A stretch of 64,000 nucleotides of DNA, from contig CAZQWH010000001.1 of NCBI GenBank assembly GCA_964597145.1, positions 102,441-166,440 of the forward strand, read 5' to 3'. Made by a program: the position numbers and the translations under genes. The notes under the pieces are model-generated. The model was not told where the DNA came from. It did no database searches and saw nothing but the letters and a program-made list of their open reading frames with translations. This DNA is from an uncultured Candidatus Saccharibacteria bacterium. GTDB lineage: Bacteria > Patescibacteriota > CAZHWT01. This document shows positions 40,060 through 52,411 of this stretch, piece by piece (positions within the stretch are counted from its first letter, which is position 1; each line of letters begins with the position of its first letter).

Positions 40060-41130
40060 CTAATTATTGTCGGACTGTAACCGACGCTCAAAGTCATCCA
40101 GGCCATTCGGATTATCGTCGGTAAGACGATACAGCGCCTGGGCCTCGTTAGTAATCTGTCTGAATTCCGGAATCTTTTGGTCTGTACCACGCCGGATCGA
40201 GCTCAGAACATGATCCCGAAACTCGCTAAAGTGGCGACTGCCAACGGCAAGCCGCTCGGCAGGGTCCGTCCAAAAGTGAGGGTACGCTTGCGCGTCAAGG
40301 TAAACTTCTTCGAGGTACCTATTGATGTCAGCCAAGTTCTTTTCGAAGAAGAGCGAATCGCCCTTCCTATCCTTACTGGTCGATCGGAAGTATCTCTCGG
40401 TATATTCCTCAACCAGCTTTAAGCTATGCCGATCATTGGAGCTGTGGATCTTCTCGCGCTTGAGCGCAATGTGGTTGAGCAAATCCTGCACCGACAACGG
40501 CACTTGATGGAGTTGTCGACGTCGGAAGTAAATTGCTCCACCGACTAGCACCACAGACATAGTCGGGATGATAGCCATGATTTGCCAAGCTGACCCTCCT
40601 TCATCTGTAGAGGTTGATGGCGTGCTCGGCTTTGGGGTGGGCACCGGAGTCGGTATCTGCTTTGGCTGTGGGTTTTGTGCCAACCAACCATGCATGTAAT
40701 TGACGAACGTCACCAGCGTGCTAACCGGGTTTCGTGAAACCTCGCCCGCCCGCTGCATCATGTCTGCCGCAACGTTGCTTGGCAGATAAGGCGCATAACC
40801 AATCGTTATATCGCCAACGGCCAGACCAATAATGCGCTGGTCTCCCAGCAGTTCCGATAGGGTTGTGGCGATTTCGAGCGGACTTAGGTCGAGGTCTTCA
40901 GCTGCGATAGCTGGAAGAATAACCAGAACGATACGATCGTCCGTAGTTAAGATCTTTTTCAGCTCTAAAGCAGCGCTGGAGTCGATGTTCTCGGTGCCAG
41001 GAGCTACATAGACGGCCGTCTCTGTTAGAGCATTGGCCGCGTCGGTGATGTAGTCTTGAGCTCGGACTAGGCCTGGCATGAGGCATGCCAGAGCCACGAC
41101 TAAAGCAAGTGCTTTAGTAACGCTTCTCAT
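40060..41130 (-). CDS. Bitopic membrane protein (signal peptide, extracellular domain, PT linker, TM helix, cytoplasmic domain)
   Basis: RBS aggaggt, signal peptide ALALVVALACL, linker PTPVPTPKPSTPSTST, and TM helix IMAIIPTMSVVLVGGAIYF. Likely an operon with the lipoprotein gene. Confidence 0.5.
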   Translation of the reverse strand: MRSVTKALALVVALACLMPGLVRAQDYITDAANALTETAVYVAPGTENIDSSAALELKKILTTDDRIVLVILPAIAAEDLDLSPLEIATTLSELLGDQRIIGLAVGDITIGYAPYLPSNVAADMMQRAGEVSRNPVSTLVTFVNYMHGWLAQNPQPKQIPTPVPTPKPSTPSTSTDEGGSAWQIMAIIPTMSVVLVGGAIYFRRRQLHQVPLSVQDLLNHIALKREKIHSSNDRHSLKLVEEYTERYFRSTSKDRKGDSLFFEKNLADINRYLEEVYLDAQAYPHFWTDPAERLAVGSRHFSEFRDHVLSSIRRGTDQKIPEFRQITNEAQALYRLTDDNPNGLDDFERRLQSDNN

Positions 41131-41569
41131 GTTATACCTCCTGTCGCGGGATGTTTTTTGCGGCAATGCGTATTGTGTATATAGCAAACCGCGATCCTTT
41201 CACGTGCGAGGCCTAGATGGAGCACTCCATCATAAGCAACTTATCAAGGTGCAAATTTAACGCTCGGCAGTATAGCACGTTTGCAACGAATTTTCTATAG
41301 GCCTATTAAAACAGGACTGGTTACAAAACTCGCTTTCAATTCAAAACCTCAGAATCACCTAAGCTAAAGTGGTGGTCGGCAAGTAGGACATAAGTGGATT
41401 AATAAATAAACAGATAAACGTAAAGGTTCGCCAAATAGTAAACTGCCCAAACAGGCCAACTAGTGAATTACATCAATTGTTTTATTAAATTACCGTCGTT
41501 AATTTAAGTACAGGAAAAATAAGGAGCCCAGACATCTATCCTTGCAAGGCAGATGCCTGGGCATTGTGA

Positions 41570-41956
41570 CTACCCGTCGTAGGGCGTGCCACAGTCGTCG
41601 CTAGCTTCTTGGTCGTCAATGCTCTCCTCGTCCGGCTCGCAATCGGGTTCAACATTTATCCCGATAGTAACTCCGATTATTTCTTTACCGGTGCAGACGA
41701 AAGCCGAAAGTTGTATACGAATGACTTCGGCAATCTCAGCTTGATCCAGGAATTCCCCCAGCTCTTCGGGCTCAGCCCGCTCCAAAAACGTTGTACCGAG
41801 CTGCTCCCACAGCGCCTGGAACGACTCAATATCACTAAGCTCTGTTTCATCATCGGCAGGGCTTCTCGAAACTGGCGAATCCTCAACAACTGGTGGCTGG
41901 CGCTGGTCAGTAGCCGTTTGCATCAGGAGTACTCCTTTAGCTAGACACGTATCCAC
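41570..41956 (-). CDS. Hypothetical acidic protein
   Basis: ORF with hairpin 41527-41563 just downstream. The start may be the internal Met at 41923. Confidence 0.35.
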   Translation of the reverse strand: MDTCLAKGVLLMQTATDQRQPPVVEDSPVSRSPADDETELSDIESFQALWEQLGTTFLERAEPEELGEFLDQAEIAEVIRIQLSAFVCTGKEIIGVTIGINVEPDCEPDEESIDDQEASDDCGTPYDG

Positions 41957-42108
41957 TCAACCGTGGTTATCGCGGATAATACAGAGCAGACAATATCCTG
42001 TCAAGAATTGACACCCACAATATTTGAAACAAATCCCAAACCAGACCTGCCCGCCATGCTTTCGCTGGCCAAGCAGGCAGGTTGCCGCAGTCGTTATCAC
42101 TCCTCATT

Positions 42109-42385
42109 CAAACCTAATCCTTCAACCATGAGCTTGAGACCGTCGAATGGGTGATGAGGCTTGAGTCTTTAGAGTCCAACAGCTTCACCATGACGTATAC
42201 TAACCTTCTCCAGCATCCAGCATCCAGCATCCAGCATCCAGCATCCAGCATCCAGCATCCCGACACCCTCCCCGTCATTCTGTCATTCGGCTCTGATCTC
42301 TAGCGACCTCATCGCTCAGACTCGAAGAGGAACGCAGTGTATTTTAGACGCGAAGCGGCTCGTGCTTTAGCACATAGAATCCCCT
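42109..42385 (+). repeat. Repeat element copy 2: cctaatccttcaaccatgagcttgagac module, (CAGCATC)7 microsatellite (42211-42260), then gtcattctgtcattcgg...gtattttagacgc...ggctcgtgctttagcacatagaatc module
   Basis: Aligns with 35981-36160 and 59288-59352. Confidence 0.7.
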
Positions 42386-42441
42386 CTACGCTCTACGCTC
42401 TCTCCGGCCTCCTCCACCCATAAATGCGCTCAATATCGGGG

Positions 42442-42470
42442 TTGACTCGCACGGTTTTTTTGGTTATAAT
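42442..42470 (+). promoter_or_regulatory. Sigma70-like promoter TTGACT-17-TATAAT for the rpsL operon
   Basis: Consensus-like -35 and -10 hexamers with a 17-nt spacer. Confidence 0.6.
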
Positions 42471-42483
42471 CCCGTCTGTTGAG

Positions 42484-42509
42484 CCCCTCTTGAGATGGGG
42501 GTCTTTTTT
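42484..42509 (+). promoter_or_regulatory. Leader hairpin cccc-tcttgagat-gggg plus T-run (attenuator-like) upstream of rpsL
   Basis: Stem-loop followed by tctttttt, between the promoter and the rpsL start. Confidence 0.4.
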
Positions 42510-42601
42510 GACTGGTGGGTATCTGCCTGCTGTTTATCTCAGAAATAAGATTGAAAAACAAACAAGGGTTTTTAGTAAACAAGTAGAAAGTTATTTTATT
42601 T

Positions 42602-43036
42602 ATGCCAACAATTAATCAGTTAGTCCGCAAGGGACGTGGCCACAAATCATCAAAAGTTAAGGCGGCAGCTTTCCGCCGCAGCTTTAACGCAATTAAGCGA
42701 AAGGCTGTTGAAACTAACAGTCCTCAAAAGCGCGGCGTGTGTACGATTGTTAAAACCATGACCCCTAAGAAGCCTAACTCAGCTCTGCGTAAGGTAGCTA
42801 GGGTGCGACTCTCTAACCGGTCTGAAGTGACTGCGTATATTCCAGGCGAAGGTCACAATTTGCAGGAACACTCAATTGTATTGGTTCGGGGCGGTAAAGT
42901 AAAAGACTTGCCAGGCGTAAAGTATCACATTGTTCGCGGCGTCTTAGATGCCAAAGGTGTTGAGAAGCGCGGCAAAGCCCGATCCAAATATGGAACTAAA
43001 AGAATAGCAGGAGCACAAGCGGCTAAAGCCTCTTAA
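42602..43036 (+). CDS. rpsL: 30S ribosomal protein S12
   Basis: [12 protein letters not shown] ... [10 protein letters not shown]. Confidence 0.95.
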   Translation: MPTINQLVRKGRGHKSSKVKAAAFRRSFNAIKRKAVETNSPQKRGVCTIVKTMTPKKPNSALRKVARVRLSNRSEVTAYIPGEGHNLQEHSIVLVRGGKVKDLPGVKYHIVRGVLDAKGVEKRGKARSKYGTKRIAGAQAAKAS

Positions 43037-43047
43037 GGAAATAAACT

Positions 43048-43515
43048 ATGCGTGGTAAACGAGCCCCAAAACGAATCATTGCCCCAGACCCAGTCTATAA
43101 TTCACGGGTCATTAATAAATTTATTAACCGAGTTATGATTGGTGGTAAAAAGACCGTTGCCCAAGGTATAGTCTATGGGGCAATGGATCAGTTAAAGCAA
43201 ATGGGTGAAGCTGAGCCTCTGGTCACCTTTGAGACTGCTATGCGTAACGTAGCTCCGCGCCAGGAGGTAAAATCCCGCCGAGTTGGTGGCTCTAGTTACC
43301 AAGTACCAGTTGAAGTCCGAGGCGAGCGCCGGGATGCCCTAGCTGCCCGCTGGATTATTGCGTTCGCGAAAAAGCGACCAGGAAAATCGATGAAAGAACG
43401 CTTAGCTGGGGAACTCTTAGATGCTTCCAAGAATACTGGGGCTGCAGTCAAGCGGCGCGAAGACATGCAAAAGATGGCCGATGCCAACCGGGCCTTCTCT
43501 CACTTTAAATCTTAA
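43048..43515 (+). CDS. rpsG: 30S ribosomal protein S7
   Basis: S7 signature and operon position. Confidence 0.95.
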   Translation: MRGKRAPKRIIAPDPVYNSRVINKFINRVMIGGKKTVAQGIVYGAMDQLKQMGEAEPLVTFETAMRNVAPRQEVKSRRVGGSSYQVPVEVRGERRDALAARWIIAFAKKRPGKSMKERLAGELLDASKNTGAAVKRREDMQKMADANRAFSHFKS

Positions 43516-43627
43516 TTGCCTAGCAAATAAGATTTAGCGCTTAGTGTCTAGCAATTTAGATACAAATACGTATAAAAATACTTATAACTACGGACTAAGA
43601 ACTATAAACTAATAACTTCTTATATAT

Positions 43628-45715
43628 ATGGCAAGATCACACACTCTCGACAAAATTCGCAACATTGGTATTATTGCCCACATTGATGCGGGTAAGACCA
43701 CTACAACCGAGCGCATTCTGTTTTACACCGGAAAGAACTACAAGATTGGCGAGACCCACGAAGGTTCAGCCACTATGGACTGGATGGAGCAAGAGCAGGA
43801 GCGCGGAATTACCATTACTTCCGCAGCTACCACTTGTTTCTGGAACGATCACCGTATCAACATTATTGACACCCCTGGTCACGTCGATTTTACCGCTGAG
43901 GTAGAGCGTAGCTTGCGCGTCTTAGATGGTGGCGTAACCGTGTTTGATGGGGTAGCTGGTGTAGAGCCTCAGTCCGAAACCGTCTGGCGCCAAGCCGATA
44001 AATACAATGTGCCTCGGATTTGTTTCGTTAATAAGATGGATCGCATGGGAGCCGACTTTAAGCACTGTGTTGAAACAATTAAGGACCGGTTGGGAGCAAA
44101 ACCAGCGGTAATTCAACTGCCAATTGGCGCTGAAGATACCTTTAAAGGTGTTGTCTTGGTTCTCGAACAAAAAGCCCGTATTTATAAAGATGATCTCGGT
44201 AAAGAGATAGATGAAATTGACATTCCAGCCGAGATGCAAGCCGATGCCGAAAAATACCGAGCCGAGCTCATTGAGCAAATTGCCGAGGCTAACGACGAGC
44301 TATTAGAAAAGTACTTAGCCGGTGAGGAATTAACCATCGACGAATTAAGAGCTGGCTTGCGCAAGGCGACGATTAACAATGAGCTCTATCCGGTTATGTG
44401 CGGCTCAGCGCTCAAGAACAAAGGAGTACAGTTGTTATTGGATGCGGTATTAGACTATTTGCCATCCCCTATTGATGTACCCGCCATTCAGGCACATAAG
44501 AGCAATGACGAAGATGCCGAAGTAGTGGTTGAAACAAAAGATGATGCGCCATTTGTCGCTTTAGCGTTTAAAATCATGTCGGACCCATTTGTTGGTCGAT
44601 TAACCTTCTTCCGAGTTTACTCTGGAGTATTGAGTTCTGGATCCTATGTGACCAACTCCTCCAAGGGAGCCAAAGAACGAGTTGGCCGAATCTTGCAGAT
44701 GCATGCCAATCACCGCGAAGAGATTGACCAAGTCTATGCTGGCGACATCGCCGCCGCAGTTGGGCTCAAGGAAACAATTACCGGCGATACCTTAACCGTT
44801 GAGGGAGGTAGTGTCGTCCTCGAGAGTATTAAGTTCCCTGAGCCGGTAATTCAGGTAGCCGTTGAGCCAAAGACTAAGGCTGACCAGGAGAAAATGGCAT
44901 TAGCTCTGCGTCGTTTGGCTGAGGAAGATCCAACCTTTACCGTAACTTCAAATACCGAAACCTCTCAAACCTTAATTGCTGGAATGGGTGAGTTGCACCT
45001 CGACATCCTTATTGACCGCATGAAGCGGGAGTACAAGGTAGAAGCCAATGTTGGAGCGCCCCAAGTAGCCTTCCGTGAAACCATTAAAAAATCGGTTGAG
45101 CAAGAAGGTAAGTATATTAAGCAGTCTGGCGGCCGAGGTCAGTATGGCCATGTTTGGTTGCGACTAGAACCCAAAAACCCAGGCGAAGGCAATGAATTTG
45201 CCAACGCGGTGGTGGGTGGCTCAGTGCCTCGTGAATACATTCCAGCCGTAGAAAAAGGTGTTCAAGAAGCTTGGGACACTGGTGTGCTAGCTGGTTATCC
45301 GCTGGTCGACACCAAAGTTACCCTCTACGACGGCTCCTACCACGAAGTTGACTCTTCCGAGGTAGCCTTTAAAGTTGCCGCCTCAATGGCCGTTAAAGAC
45401 GGAGCCCGTAAGGCAGACGCGGCCATTTTGGAGCCAGTGATGAAAGTTGAAGTAACCACTCCCGAAGACTTCATGGGAGATGTGATTGGTGACTTAAATA
45501 GTAAGCGTGGTCAAATTCAGGAAATGGAACAGCGTGGTAATGTCCGGGTGGTCCATGCCAATGTACCGCTAGCCGAAATGTTTGGATATTCAACCCAACT
45601 TCGAGGCATGACCCAAGGCCGAGCTAGCTACTCTATGGAACCAAGTCATTACCAAGAAGTACCTAAAACAGTTGCCCAAGAGATTATCTCATCACGTGGG
45701 CAGCAATCGAGTTGA
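43628..45715 (+). CDS. fusA: Elongation factor G
   Basis: G-domain [21 protein letters not shown]. 695 aa. Confidence 0.95.
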   Translation: MARSHTLDKIRNIGIIAHIDAGKTTTTERILFYTGKNYKIGETHEGSATMDWMEQEQERGITITSAATTCFWNDHRINIIDTPGHVDFTAEVERSLRVLDGGVTVFDGVAGVEPQSETVWRQADKYNVPRICFVNKMDRMGADFKHCVETIKDRLGAKPAVIQLPIGAEDTFKGVVLVLEQKARIYKDDLGKEIDEIDIPAEMQADAEKYRAELIEQIAEANDELLEKYLAGEELTIDELRAGLRKATINNELYPVMCGSALKNKGVQLLLDAVLDYLPSPIDVPAIQAHKSNDEDAEVVVETKDDAPFVALAFKIMSDPFVGRLTFFRVYSGVLSSGSYVTNSSKGAKERVGRILQMHANHREEIDQVYAGDIAAAVGLKETITGDTLTVEGGSVVLESIKFPEPVIQVAVEPKTKADQEKMALALRRLAEEDPTFTVTSNTETSQTLIAGMGELHLDILIDRMKREYKVEANVGAPQVAFRETIKKSVEQEGKYIKQSGGRGQYGHVWLRLEPKNPGEGNEFANAVVGGSVPREYIPAVEKGVQEAWDTGVLAGYPLVDTKVTLYDGSYHEVDSSEVAFKVAASMAVKDGARKADAAILEPVMKVEVTTPEDFMGDVIGDLNSKRGQIQEMEQRGNVRVVHANVPLAEMFGYSTQLRGMTQGRASYSMEPSHYQEVPKTVAQEIISSRGQQSS

Positions 45716-45869
45716 CGTGAACATATAAAATCAGATAGAGTGTCTCGAGTTTGAGAAACAGCAACTAGTCTAGTCAAGTTAGTGGTTGTTTCTCCAACTC
45801 GGGCCTCTTACTTAGTCCTTTAGAGGCTGGGGAAACATTTAACTATTTTATTTTATAAGGAGGCCACAT

Positions 45870-47069
45870 ATGGCAGAAAAATTTGAGCGAAATAAGCCAC
45901 ATAAAAATGTGGGCACCATTGGTCACGTTGACCATGGTAAAACTACCTTAACCGCGGCTATTACCAAGGTTTTGGAAAGCAAAGGTGGGGCAAAATTTAA
46001 AGCCTACGATGCTATCGATGGCGCACCAGAGGAAAAGGCTCGGGGTATTACCATCTCTATCTCGCACACCGAGTATGAGACCGACAAGTACCACTACGCC
46101 CACATCGATGCTCCTGGGCACGCCGACTACATTAAGAACATGATTACCGGTGCAGCCCAAATGGATGGTGCTATTTTGGTAGTATCCGCCGCTGATGGCC
46201 CAATGCCACAAACCCGTGAGCACATCTTGCTAGCTAAGCAGGTAAACGTGCCACGTATTGTAGTCTTCATGAACAAGATGGATCAAGTTTCAGATCCAGA
46301 ATTGGCCGACTTGGTTGAAATGGAAATCCGCGAACTATTAAGTAAGCAGGGTTTTGACGGCGACAATACTCCAGTATTGCGTGGTAGTGCATTACAGGTT
46401 CTAGAATCGGATAAGATCGACGATGCCGATCCAAATGTTAAGGCTATTTTAGACTTAATGGATGCCGTCGACGAGTACATTCCTGTACCAGAGCGACCAG
46501 TTGACCAGCCATTCTTAATGCCTATCGAAGATGTTTTCACCATCTCTGGTCGTGGTACTGTAGCCACCGGTCGTATTGAGCGCGGTGTCGTTAAAGTAAA
46601 CGAAGAAGTTGAAATCGTTGGTATGGGCGAAAAGGTAAGCAAGACTGTTGTCACGGGCGTCGAAATGTTCAAGAAGATGCTCGATGAAGGTCAAGCTGGA
46701 GACAACGTTGGTCTACTGCTACGAGGCGTTAACCGCGAAGATATTGAGCGCGGCCAAGTATTAGCCAAGCCAGGCAGCATTAAGCCCCATGTTGAATTTG
46801 AGGCCCAAGTCTATGTCCTTAAGAAGGAAGAAGGCGGACGCCATACTCCATTCCTTAAGGGTTACCGACCTCAGTTCTACCTTCGAACTACCGATGTAAC
46901 TGGTGAAGTTACACTGCCAGAAGGCAAAGAAATGGTTATGCCAGGCGATGACGTAACCATGAACGTTAAGTTGATTGTTCCTGTGGCCTTAGAAGAAGGA
47001 TTGCGTTTCGCCATCCGAGAAGGTGGACGAACCGTTGGAGCTGGTGTAGTTACTAAGGTTATTGCGTAA
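45870..47069 (+). CDS. tuf: Elongation factor Tu
   Basis: [21 protein letters not shown]. 399 aa. Confidence 0.95.
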   Translation: MAEKFERNKPHKNVGTIGHVDHGKTTLTAAITKVLESKGGAKFKAYDAIDGAPEEKARGITISISHTEYETDKYHYAHIDAPGHADYIKNMITGAAQMDGAILVVSAADGPMPQTREHILLAKQVNVPRIVVFMNKMDQVSDPELADLVEMEIRELLSKQGFDGDNTPVLRGSALQVLESDKIDDADPNVKAILDLMDAVDEYIPVPERPVDQPFLMPIEDVFTISGRGTVATGRIERGVVKVNEEVEIVGMGEKVSKTVVTGVEMFKKMLDEGQAGDNVGLLLRGVNREDIERGQVLAKPGSIKPHVEFEAQVYVLKKEEGGRHTPFLKGYRPQFYLRTTDVTGEVTLPEGKEMVMPGDDVTMNVKLIVPVALEEGLRFAIREGGRTVGAGVVTKVIA

Positions 47070-47189
47070 TCGCACAAGAATCATCTGGGAAAAGGGGGCG
47101 GGTAGATGAAATTACTCGCCTCCAACCCGGATAAAACTCGCAAGAAAGGCTTGCATCTGAAGTAAATTTAGTGTATAAGGTATCAAGTT

Positions 47190-47498
47190 ATGGCAAAAGG
47201 ACGAATTCGAGTTAGATTAAAATCTTACGACAGCAAAGTACTAGACCAAACCTCCGAAGAGATCTTGGATACTGCTTTGCGAACTGGAGCAAAGATTGCC
47301 GGCCCGGTGCCGTTGCCAACTGATATCCAGCGCTTTACCGTAATCCGATCGCCTCATATCGATAAAGATTCACGTGAAGCATTTGAAATGCGCACTCACA
47401 AGCGCTTGATTGATATTTTGGAACCAACACCAAAGACTATTGATTCCTTAATGCACTTAACCGTGCCAGCCGGAGTTAACATCGAAGTCAAAATGTAG
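47190..47498 (+). CDS. rpsJ: 30S ribosomal protein S10
   Basis: IRVRLKSYD... Confidence 0.95.
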   Translation: MAKGRIRVRLKSYDSKVLDQTSEEILDTALRTGAKIAGPVPLPTDIQRFTVIRSPHIDKDSREAFEMRTHKRLIDILEPTPKTIDSLMHLTVPAGVNIEVKM

Positions 47499-47790
47499 GA
47501 TTAACCCTCTCAGTAAGGTACACTTCTGCGTTGACGCTTCCAGTCCGCGTTCGCTGTATCAGGTATGCAGCTCATTTGCGGGCTTCAACGTCGCCTCGAA
47601 TTGCACTTCACTAAGAGCGTTAAGAGATAGAAGTTAAGGTAAAAAATAAAACAGTAAAAAGATTTGGGTTTTACTTGATTGATACGCCAAATGGGGCTGT
47701 CCTTGATTCAAGGAAACGACTATATTGGCTAGTAACTCCCAGGTCTTTTGTTTGCCGATTTTATGAAAGTTTTGAAATTATGCAGCAATT

Positions 47791-48397
47791 AATGGCTCGA
47801 AAAATTGAAATGACTCAGAGATTCGACGAATCTGGTCGACAACTCCCTATCACCGTGGTCCAAGCTGAGCCAGCCGCCGTCGTACGAATTAAGTCAATGG
47901 AAAAGGACGGCTATTCGGCAGTGCAAGTTGGCTATGGTATTGCTAAAGAGAATAAGCTAACTAAACCAGTGGCTGGATTAGTGAAAACCTTAAGCAATAA
48001 GCCCCGCCGCTTCGTTGAAGAGCACCTAGAAGTGGTTGACGGCATCCAAATCGGTCAAACCATTGCCATAGAAGATGTGTTACAGGTGGGCGACATCGTG
48101 TCAGTCACCGGGTTTTCTAAAGGTAAAGGCTTCCAAGGTGGTGTGAAGCGTTGGGGGTTTGGTGGTGGTCCTAAGACCCACGGTCAAAGCGATCGTCATC
48201 GTGCACCCGGAAGTATTGGTGCGGGTACTTCACCTGGCCGAGTTTGGAAGGGTAAAAAAATGGCTGGCCACATGGGTAATAAGCAAATTACCACGGCTGG
48301 TTTGCAAGTAGTCGCCATCGAGGGCAACAAGATTATGCTAAAAGGGGCAGTCCCGGGAGCCCGACAGTCTTGGGTGGTGTTGAGAAAGCAAGGGTAA
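47791..48397 (+). CDS. rplC: 50S ribosomal protein L3
   Basis: MARKIEMTQ start. An alternative start is at 47779. Confidence 0.9.
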
Positions 48398-48403
48398 TAG
48401 ATT

Positions 48404-49183
48404 ATGACTATTGATGTATTAGACCAAACTGGTAAAAAGCTGGACGCCATCACCCTAAACAAGGCAATTTTTGGGGCTCCAGTAGTACCTTCATTAATTG
48501 CTCAGGCGATTCGGGTGCGATTAATCAACGCTCGAACCGGTACGGCCCATACCAAGACTCGCGATGAAATATCTGGTGGTGGACGTAAACCTTGGCGTCA
48601 AAAAGGAACAGGTCGAGCCCGACATGGTTCAACCCGAAGTCCAATTTGGCGTGGTGGTGGAATTACTCATGGTCCACGGTTTCACAAACCATCAGTTTCA
48701 ATGCCAACTGCCATGCGTCGTGCCGCCTTATTTGCGGCGTTAACCGACAAACTACAGCAGAAAAGCATTGTAGTTTTAGATAAATTAAGTGTCAAAGAGG
48801 TTAAGACAAAAGAAATTGCCACCATAGTGGCCGCCTTGCCGGTCGACCGGACTGCCTTAGTGGTTGTACCAGCCAAAGACGAAAAGTTACAGCGAGCCAT
48901 GTCCAACTTGCCTCAGATTAAGCTAATGCAGGCCTCAGTCCTGCATCCCTATGAAATTTTGAAATACCGTACGGTAATTTTCTTGCAAGATAGCTTACCA
49001 GTGTTAGAAAAAACATTCTTAGATAAAACCGTCGCTGAAAAGTCTGACTCAGGTAATGATCAGCCTACAGACGAAATCAATCCAAAGCAGGCAAAGCCCC
49101 GATCAAGGAGTAGTCGCTCCATAGATGAGGCTAAGAAACCGGCTCAGACTAAAACGACAGCTAAGGCTAAGAAGGCAGAATAA
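48404..49183 (+). CDS. rplD: 50S ribosomal protein L4 with a C-terminal basic/acidic extension
   Basis: L4 core plus a roughly 60-aa Lys-rich tail. Confidence 0.9.
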   Translation: MTIDVLDQTGKKLDAITLNKAIFGAPVVPSLIAQAIRVRLINARTGTAHTKTRDEISGGGRKPWRQKGTGRARHGSTRSPIWRGGGITHGPRFHKPSVSMPTAMRRAALFAALTDKLQQKSIVVLDKLSVKEVKTKEIATIVAALPVDRTALVVVPAKDEKLQRAMSNLPQIKLMQASVLHPYEILKYRTVIFLQDSLPVLEKTFLDKTVAEKSDSGNDQPTDEINPKQAKPRSRSSRSIDEAKKPAQTKTTAKAKKAE

Positions 49184-49186
49184 ATT

Positions 49187-49483
49187 ATGAACACGATCAA
49201 TATATTAGTACAACCAGTAATCTCGGAGAAAGCGGTTGGTTTAGCTGCCTTAAATCAGTATTCCTTCGTGGTTGACGCCCGAGCTTCTAAAAACGAGATT
49301 AAAAAAGCAGTTGAGCGCTTTTATCGTGTAGAAGTAATTAATGTCTCAACAGCTCAATATCGGAGCGCTCCGCAACGTCAGACGAAGAAGCGGGTTGAAA
49401 ACCCAGGTGCAATGCATAAAAAGGCGTATGTCACCTTAAAAGCTGGCCAAAGCCTCGACTTGCTTGAGGTAGAGGAGAATTAA
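49187..49483 (+). CDS. rplW: 50S ribosomal protein L23
   Basis: Operon position and size. Confidence 0.9.
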   Translation: MNTINILVQPVISEKAVGLAALNQYSFVVDARASKNEIKKAVERFYRVEVINVSTAQYRSAPQRQTKKRVENPGAMHKKAYVTLKAGQSLDLLEVEEN

Positions 49484-49485
49484 TC

Positions 49486-50313
49486 ATGGCAATTAAGACC
49501 TATCGACCACTAACACCAGGACAACGCTTTAAAACCGGTTTAGTCCATACCGAATTGACTAAAAAGGTGAAACCGCTAAAGAGTAAAACCCGCGGCCTAA
49601 AGAGTGTGGCCGGACGCAATGCTTCGGGACGCATCACTGTTCGTCACCAAGGCGGAGGCCATAAGCGGAAATTCCGCGAAATCGACTTGCGTCGCGACAA
49701 GCTTGGCATACCAGGCACCGTCACCACAATTGAGTACGATCCAAACCGGTCGGCTCATATTGCTTTGGTAACGTATGCCGATGGAGACAAGCGGTACATT
49801 CTGGCGCCGGATCAAATTAAAGTTGGACAAAAGGTGATGTCGGGAGAAAAAGCAGAGATTAGTATTGGTAATACCTTGCCTTTGGCTAATATTCCACTCG
49901 GCACCGTCGTCCATAATATTGAATTAACCCCCGGTAAAGGCGGCCAAATGGCCCGATCGGCCGGTTCCTCGGTGCAATTAATGTCGAAGGATAATGGTAA
50001 GGCTCAGCTAAAAATGCCAAGCGGCGAAGTTCGTCAGGTAAACTTGTCATGCTGTGCTACAATTGGTGTCGTTGGTAATACTCAGCACGGAACAATCAAG
50101 ATTGGTAAAGCCGGTCGCAACCGACACAAGGGTATCCGCCCTGCAGTTCGCGGTGTAGCCATGGCCCCCAATGCTCACCCTCATGGTGGTGGTGAAGGTA
50201 AGTCTGGTATTGGTATGGCACCAAAGACTCCTTGGGGTAAAAAAGCCATGGGTCTCCGCACCCGCAAGAAGAATAAAGCTTCGAATAAATCGATTATTCG
50301 ACGTAGGAAATAA
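49486..50313 (+). CDS. rplB: 50S ribosomal protein L2
   Basis: GGGHKR ... [14 protein letters not shown]. Confidence 0.95.
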   Translation: MAIKTYRPLTPGQRFKTGLVHTELTKKVKPLKSKTRGLKSVAGRNASGRITVRHQGGGHKRKFREIDLRRDKLGIPGTVTTIEYDPNRSAHIALVTYADGDKRYILAPDQIKVGQKVMSGEKAEISIGNTLPLANIPLGTVVHNIELTPGKGGQMARSAGSSVQLMSKDNGKAQLKMPSGEVRQVNLSCCATIGVVGNTQHGTIKIGKAGRNRHKGIRPAVRGVAMAPNAHPHGGGEGKSGIGMAPKTPWGKKAMGLRTRKKNKASNKSIIRRRK

Positions 50314-50315
50314 TT

Positions 50316-50597
50316 ATGTCACGATCTAGTAAAAAAGGTCCGTACGTGGACGAAAAATTAATGCAGAAGGTGCAAAAGATGAATGATGCTGGCCGTAAGG
50401 AAGTTATCAAGACCTGGGCTCGCAGTTCATCGATTAGCCCCGACATGGTTGGCCATACGTTTGGAGTACACAATGGTCGAATTCATGTGCCAGTGTTTGT
50501 GACCGAATCAATGGTTGGCCACAAGCTAGGGGAATTCTCATTAACCCGAACCTTTAGGACTCATGCCAAAAAGCAAGCTGGAAAGGCTGGTAAATAA
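50316..50597 (+). CDS. rpsS: 30S ribosomal protein S19
   Basis: [12 protein letters not shown]. Confidence 0.95.
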   Translation: MSRSSKKGPYVDEKLMQKVQKMNDAGRKEVIKTWARSSSISPDMVGHTFGVHNGRIHVPVFVTESMVGHKLGEFSLTRTFRTHAKKQAGKAGK

Positions 50598-51085
50598 TGA
50601 ACGTGGTTGCCACCGCCCGCTATGTACGTCAGTCGCCACGTAAAGTCCGCTTAGTCGCCACAGCGGTTCGTAGTTTGCCGCCAGTGGAGGCGGTCAACGC
50701 TTTGGGTCTCATGAACGCCCGGGCTGCCCAAGTGGTTCAAGATGTGCTAAAATCGGCGATTGCAAATGCAACCAATAATTTTCAACTAGCCGAAGCCGAT
50801 TTGCGCATTGCCACCTTAGAAGTGGGCGAAGGCCCAACCCTTAAGCGAATGCGAGCAGCCAGCAAAGGCCGGGGTGTTTCAGTCTTAAAGCGTACCTCGC
50901 ATGTTCGCGTGGTGCTAACCAACGATCCGGCTGCACCCAAAAGGAGCGCAACGCCACGAAAGAATCGTCAGAATTTGAAAACAACCGTTGAAACTGCTGC
51001 CTCTCAAGCCACAGCTAAGACAACCTCAAAGACCGAGAAGAAAACAACCGCCAGAACAACTAAGGCCACAAAGGAAAGTAAATAA
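50597..51085 (+). CDS. rplV: 50S ribosomal protein L22 with a C-terminal extension
   Basis: L22 core plus about 50 aa of Thr/Lys-rich tail. Confidence 0.9.
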   Translation: MNVVATARYVRQSPRKVRLVATAVRSLPPVEAVNALGLMNARAAQVVQDVLKSAIANATNNFQLAEADLRIATLEVGEGPTLKRMRAASKGRGVSVLKRTSHVRVVLTNDPAAPKRSATPRKNRQNLKTTVETAASQATAKTTSKTEKKTTARTTKATKESK

Positions 51086-51777
51086 TGGGAAATAAAACAC
51101 ACCCACTTGGATTGCGCTTAGCGCTAAATAAAAATTGGAGCTCAACCTGGTTCGACAAGAAGCGTTTTGTCGACCTCCTACACAAGGATATACAGATACG
51201 TGAGTTCTTAACCAAAAAGCTCAAGGCCGCTGGATGTCAGCGCGTCGAGATTGAGCGATCGGTTAACGAAGTAACCATTAATATACACGTGGCGAAGCCC
51301 GGTATGGTTATTGGTCGAGGTGGATCGGGAAGTGAGCTGTTAAAAAAAGAACTAGAAAAGATGTTGGATGGCGAAAAGCTCCGTTTGAATATCATTGAAG
51401 TTCGTAAGCCAGATCTGTACGCTGCGTTAGTAGCGCGTAATGTAGCCGACATGATTGAGCGCCGCATGTCTCCACGACGGGCGATTAATATGTCGCTAGA
51501 TCGAACCATGTCAGCCGGAGCTAAAGGTATTAAGATTATCGTCAGCGGCCGTTTAAACGGAGCAGATATCGCCCGCAGTGAAAAGAAGCATGTTGGAACT
51601 ATTCCATTGCACACGCTGCGCGCCAATATTGATTTTGCCCACGAGGTAGCAGTTACCTCTTTCGGCACTATTGGGGTAAAGGTCTGGATTAACCGGGACG
51701 AAGATCTAGCCAATAGTCAATCCCAACAGCAACCCGGTCGTCGGATAGGAGGGCCAAGTCGTGCTCGAGCCATCTAA
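51085..51777 (+). CDS. rpsC: 30S ribosomal protein S3
   Basis: KH-domain S3 signature. Confidence 0.95.
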   Translation: MGNKTHPLGLRLALNKNWSSTWFDKKRFVDLLHKDIQIREFLTKKLKAAGCQRVEIERSVNEVTINIHVAKPGMVIGRGGSGSELLKKELEKMLDGEKLRLNIIEVRKPDLYAALVARNVADMIERRMSPRRAINMSLDRTMSAGAKGIKIIVSGRLNGADIARSEKKHVGTIPLHTLRANIDFAHEVAVTSFGTIGVKVWINRDEDLANSQSQQQPGRRIGGPSRARAI

Positions 51778-52204
51778 GCAGAAGTATCGTCGACAATTCC
51801 GAGGTCGGATGCGGGGCAAAGCCTGGCGAGGTTCAGAGTTGAACTTTGGTGAGTTCGGTATTAAAGCGCTTGATTGTGGTTGGGTATCGGCCCGGCAGAT
51901 CGAAGCTGCTCGTCGTGCCATGACCGGCTATACCAAGCGTGGGGGCAAGATTTGGATTAGAATCTTCCCCGATAAGCCAATTACCAAAAAACCAGCAGAA
52001 GTTCGAATGGGTAGCGGTAAAGGGTCAGTCGATCATTTTGCGGCAGTAGTTCGTCCAGGTGCTATCTTATTTGAGATTGCCGGAGTGCCAGAAGCCACTG
52101 CTCGCGAAGCCATGCGCCGTGCCGCTCACAAACTATCGGTAGGCACCACAATTGTTGCTCGTGAGGAGGAGTCTTCTGCCTCTCGCCAAGAGGAGGAGGC
52201 CTAA
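51761..52204 (+). CDS. rplP: 50S ribosomal protein L16
   Basis: [16 protein letters not shown]. Confidence 0.95.
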   Translation: MLEPSKQKYRRQFRGRMRGKAWRGSELNFGEFGIKALDCGWVSARQIEAARRAMTGYTKRGGKIWIRIFPDKPITKKPAEVRMGSGKGSVDHFAAVVRPGAILFEIAGVPEATAREAMRRAAHKLSVGTTIVAREEESSASRQEEEA

Positions 52205-52207
52205 CGC

Positions 52208-52411
52208 ATGTTAAAGCCGAAAGAATTAGACCAATTGAAAGATAAATCAGTAACCGAGACCTTAAAAGATATCAAGGTTGCTGAGCAAGAATTAGTAGAT
52301 TTGCGAATGAAAAAGCATCGCGGGTCGGTTAACAATGTTCACCAAATTCGTCAGTTGCGCAAAAAAATTGCCCAGCTTCAAACTTTGGTGGCAATGAAGG
52401 AAGTATCATGA
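52208..52411 (+). CDS. rpmC: 50S ribosomal protein L29
   Basis: Operon position and size. Confidence 0.9.
   Translation: MLKPKELDQLKDKSVTETLKDIKVAEQELVDLRMKKHRGSVNNVHQIRQLRKKIAQLQTLVAMKEVS

Noticed and set aside
42211-42260. Possible CRISPR array
   Set aside because: The 7-8 bp tandem units are contiguous with no spacers, so they are microsatellites rather than CRISPR repeats. No cas genes are present.
46283-46672. Minus-strand ORFs inside tuf, fusA and the other ribosomal protein genes
   Set aside because: They are antisense to highly conserved, well-supported genes.
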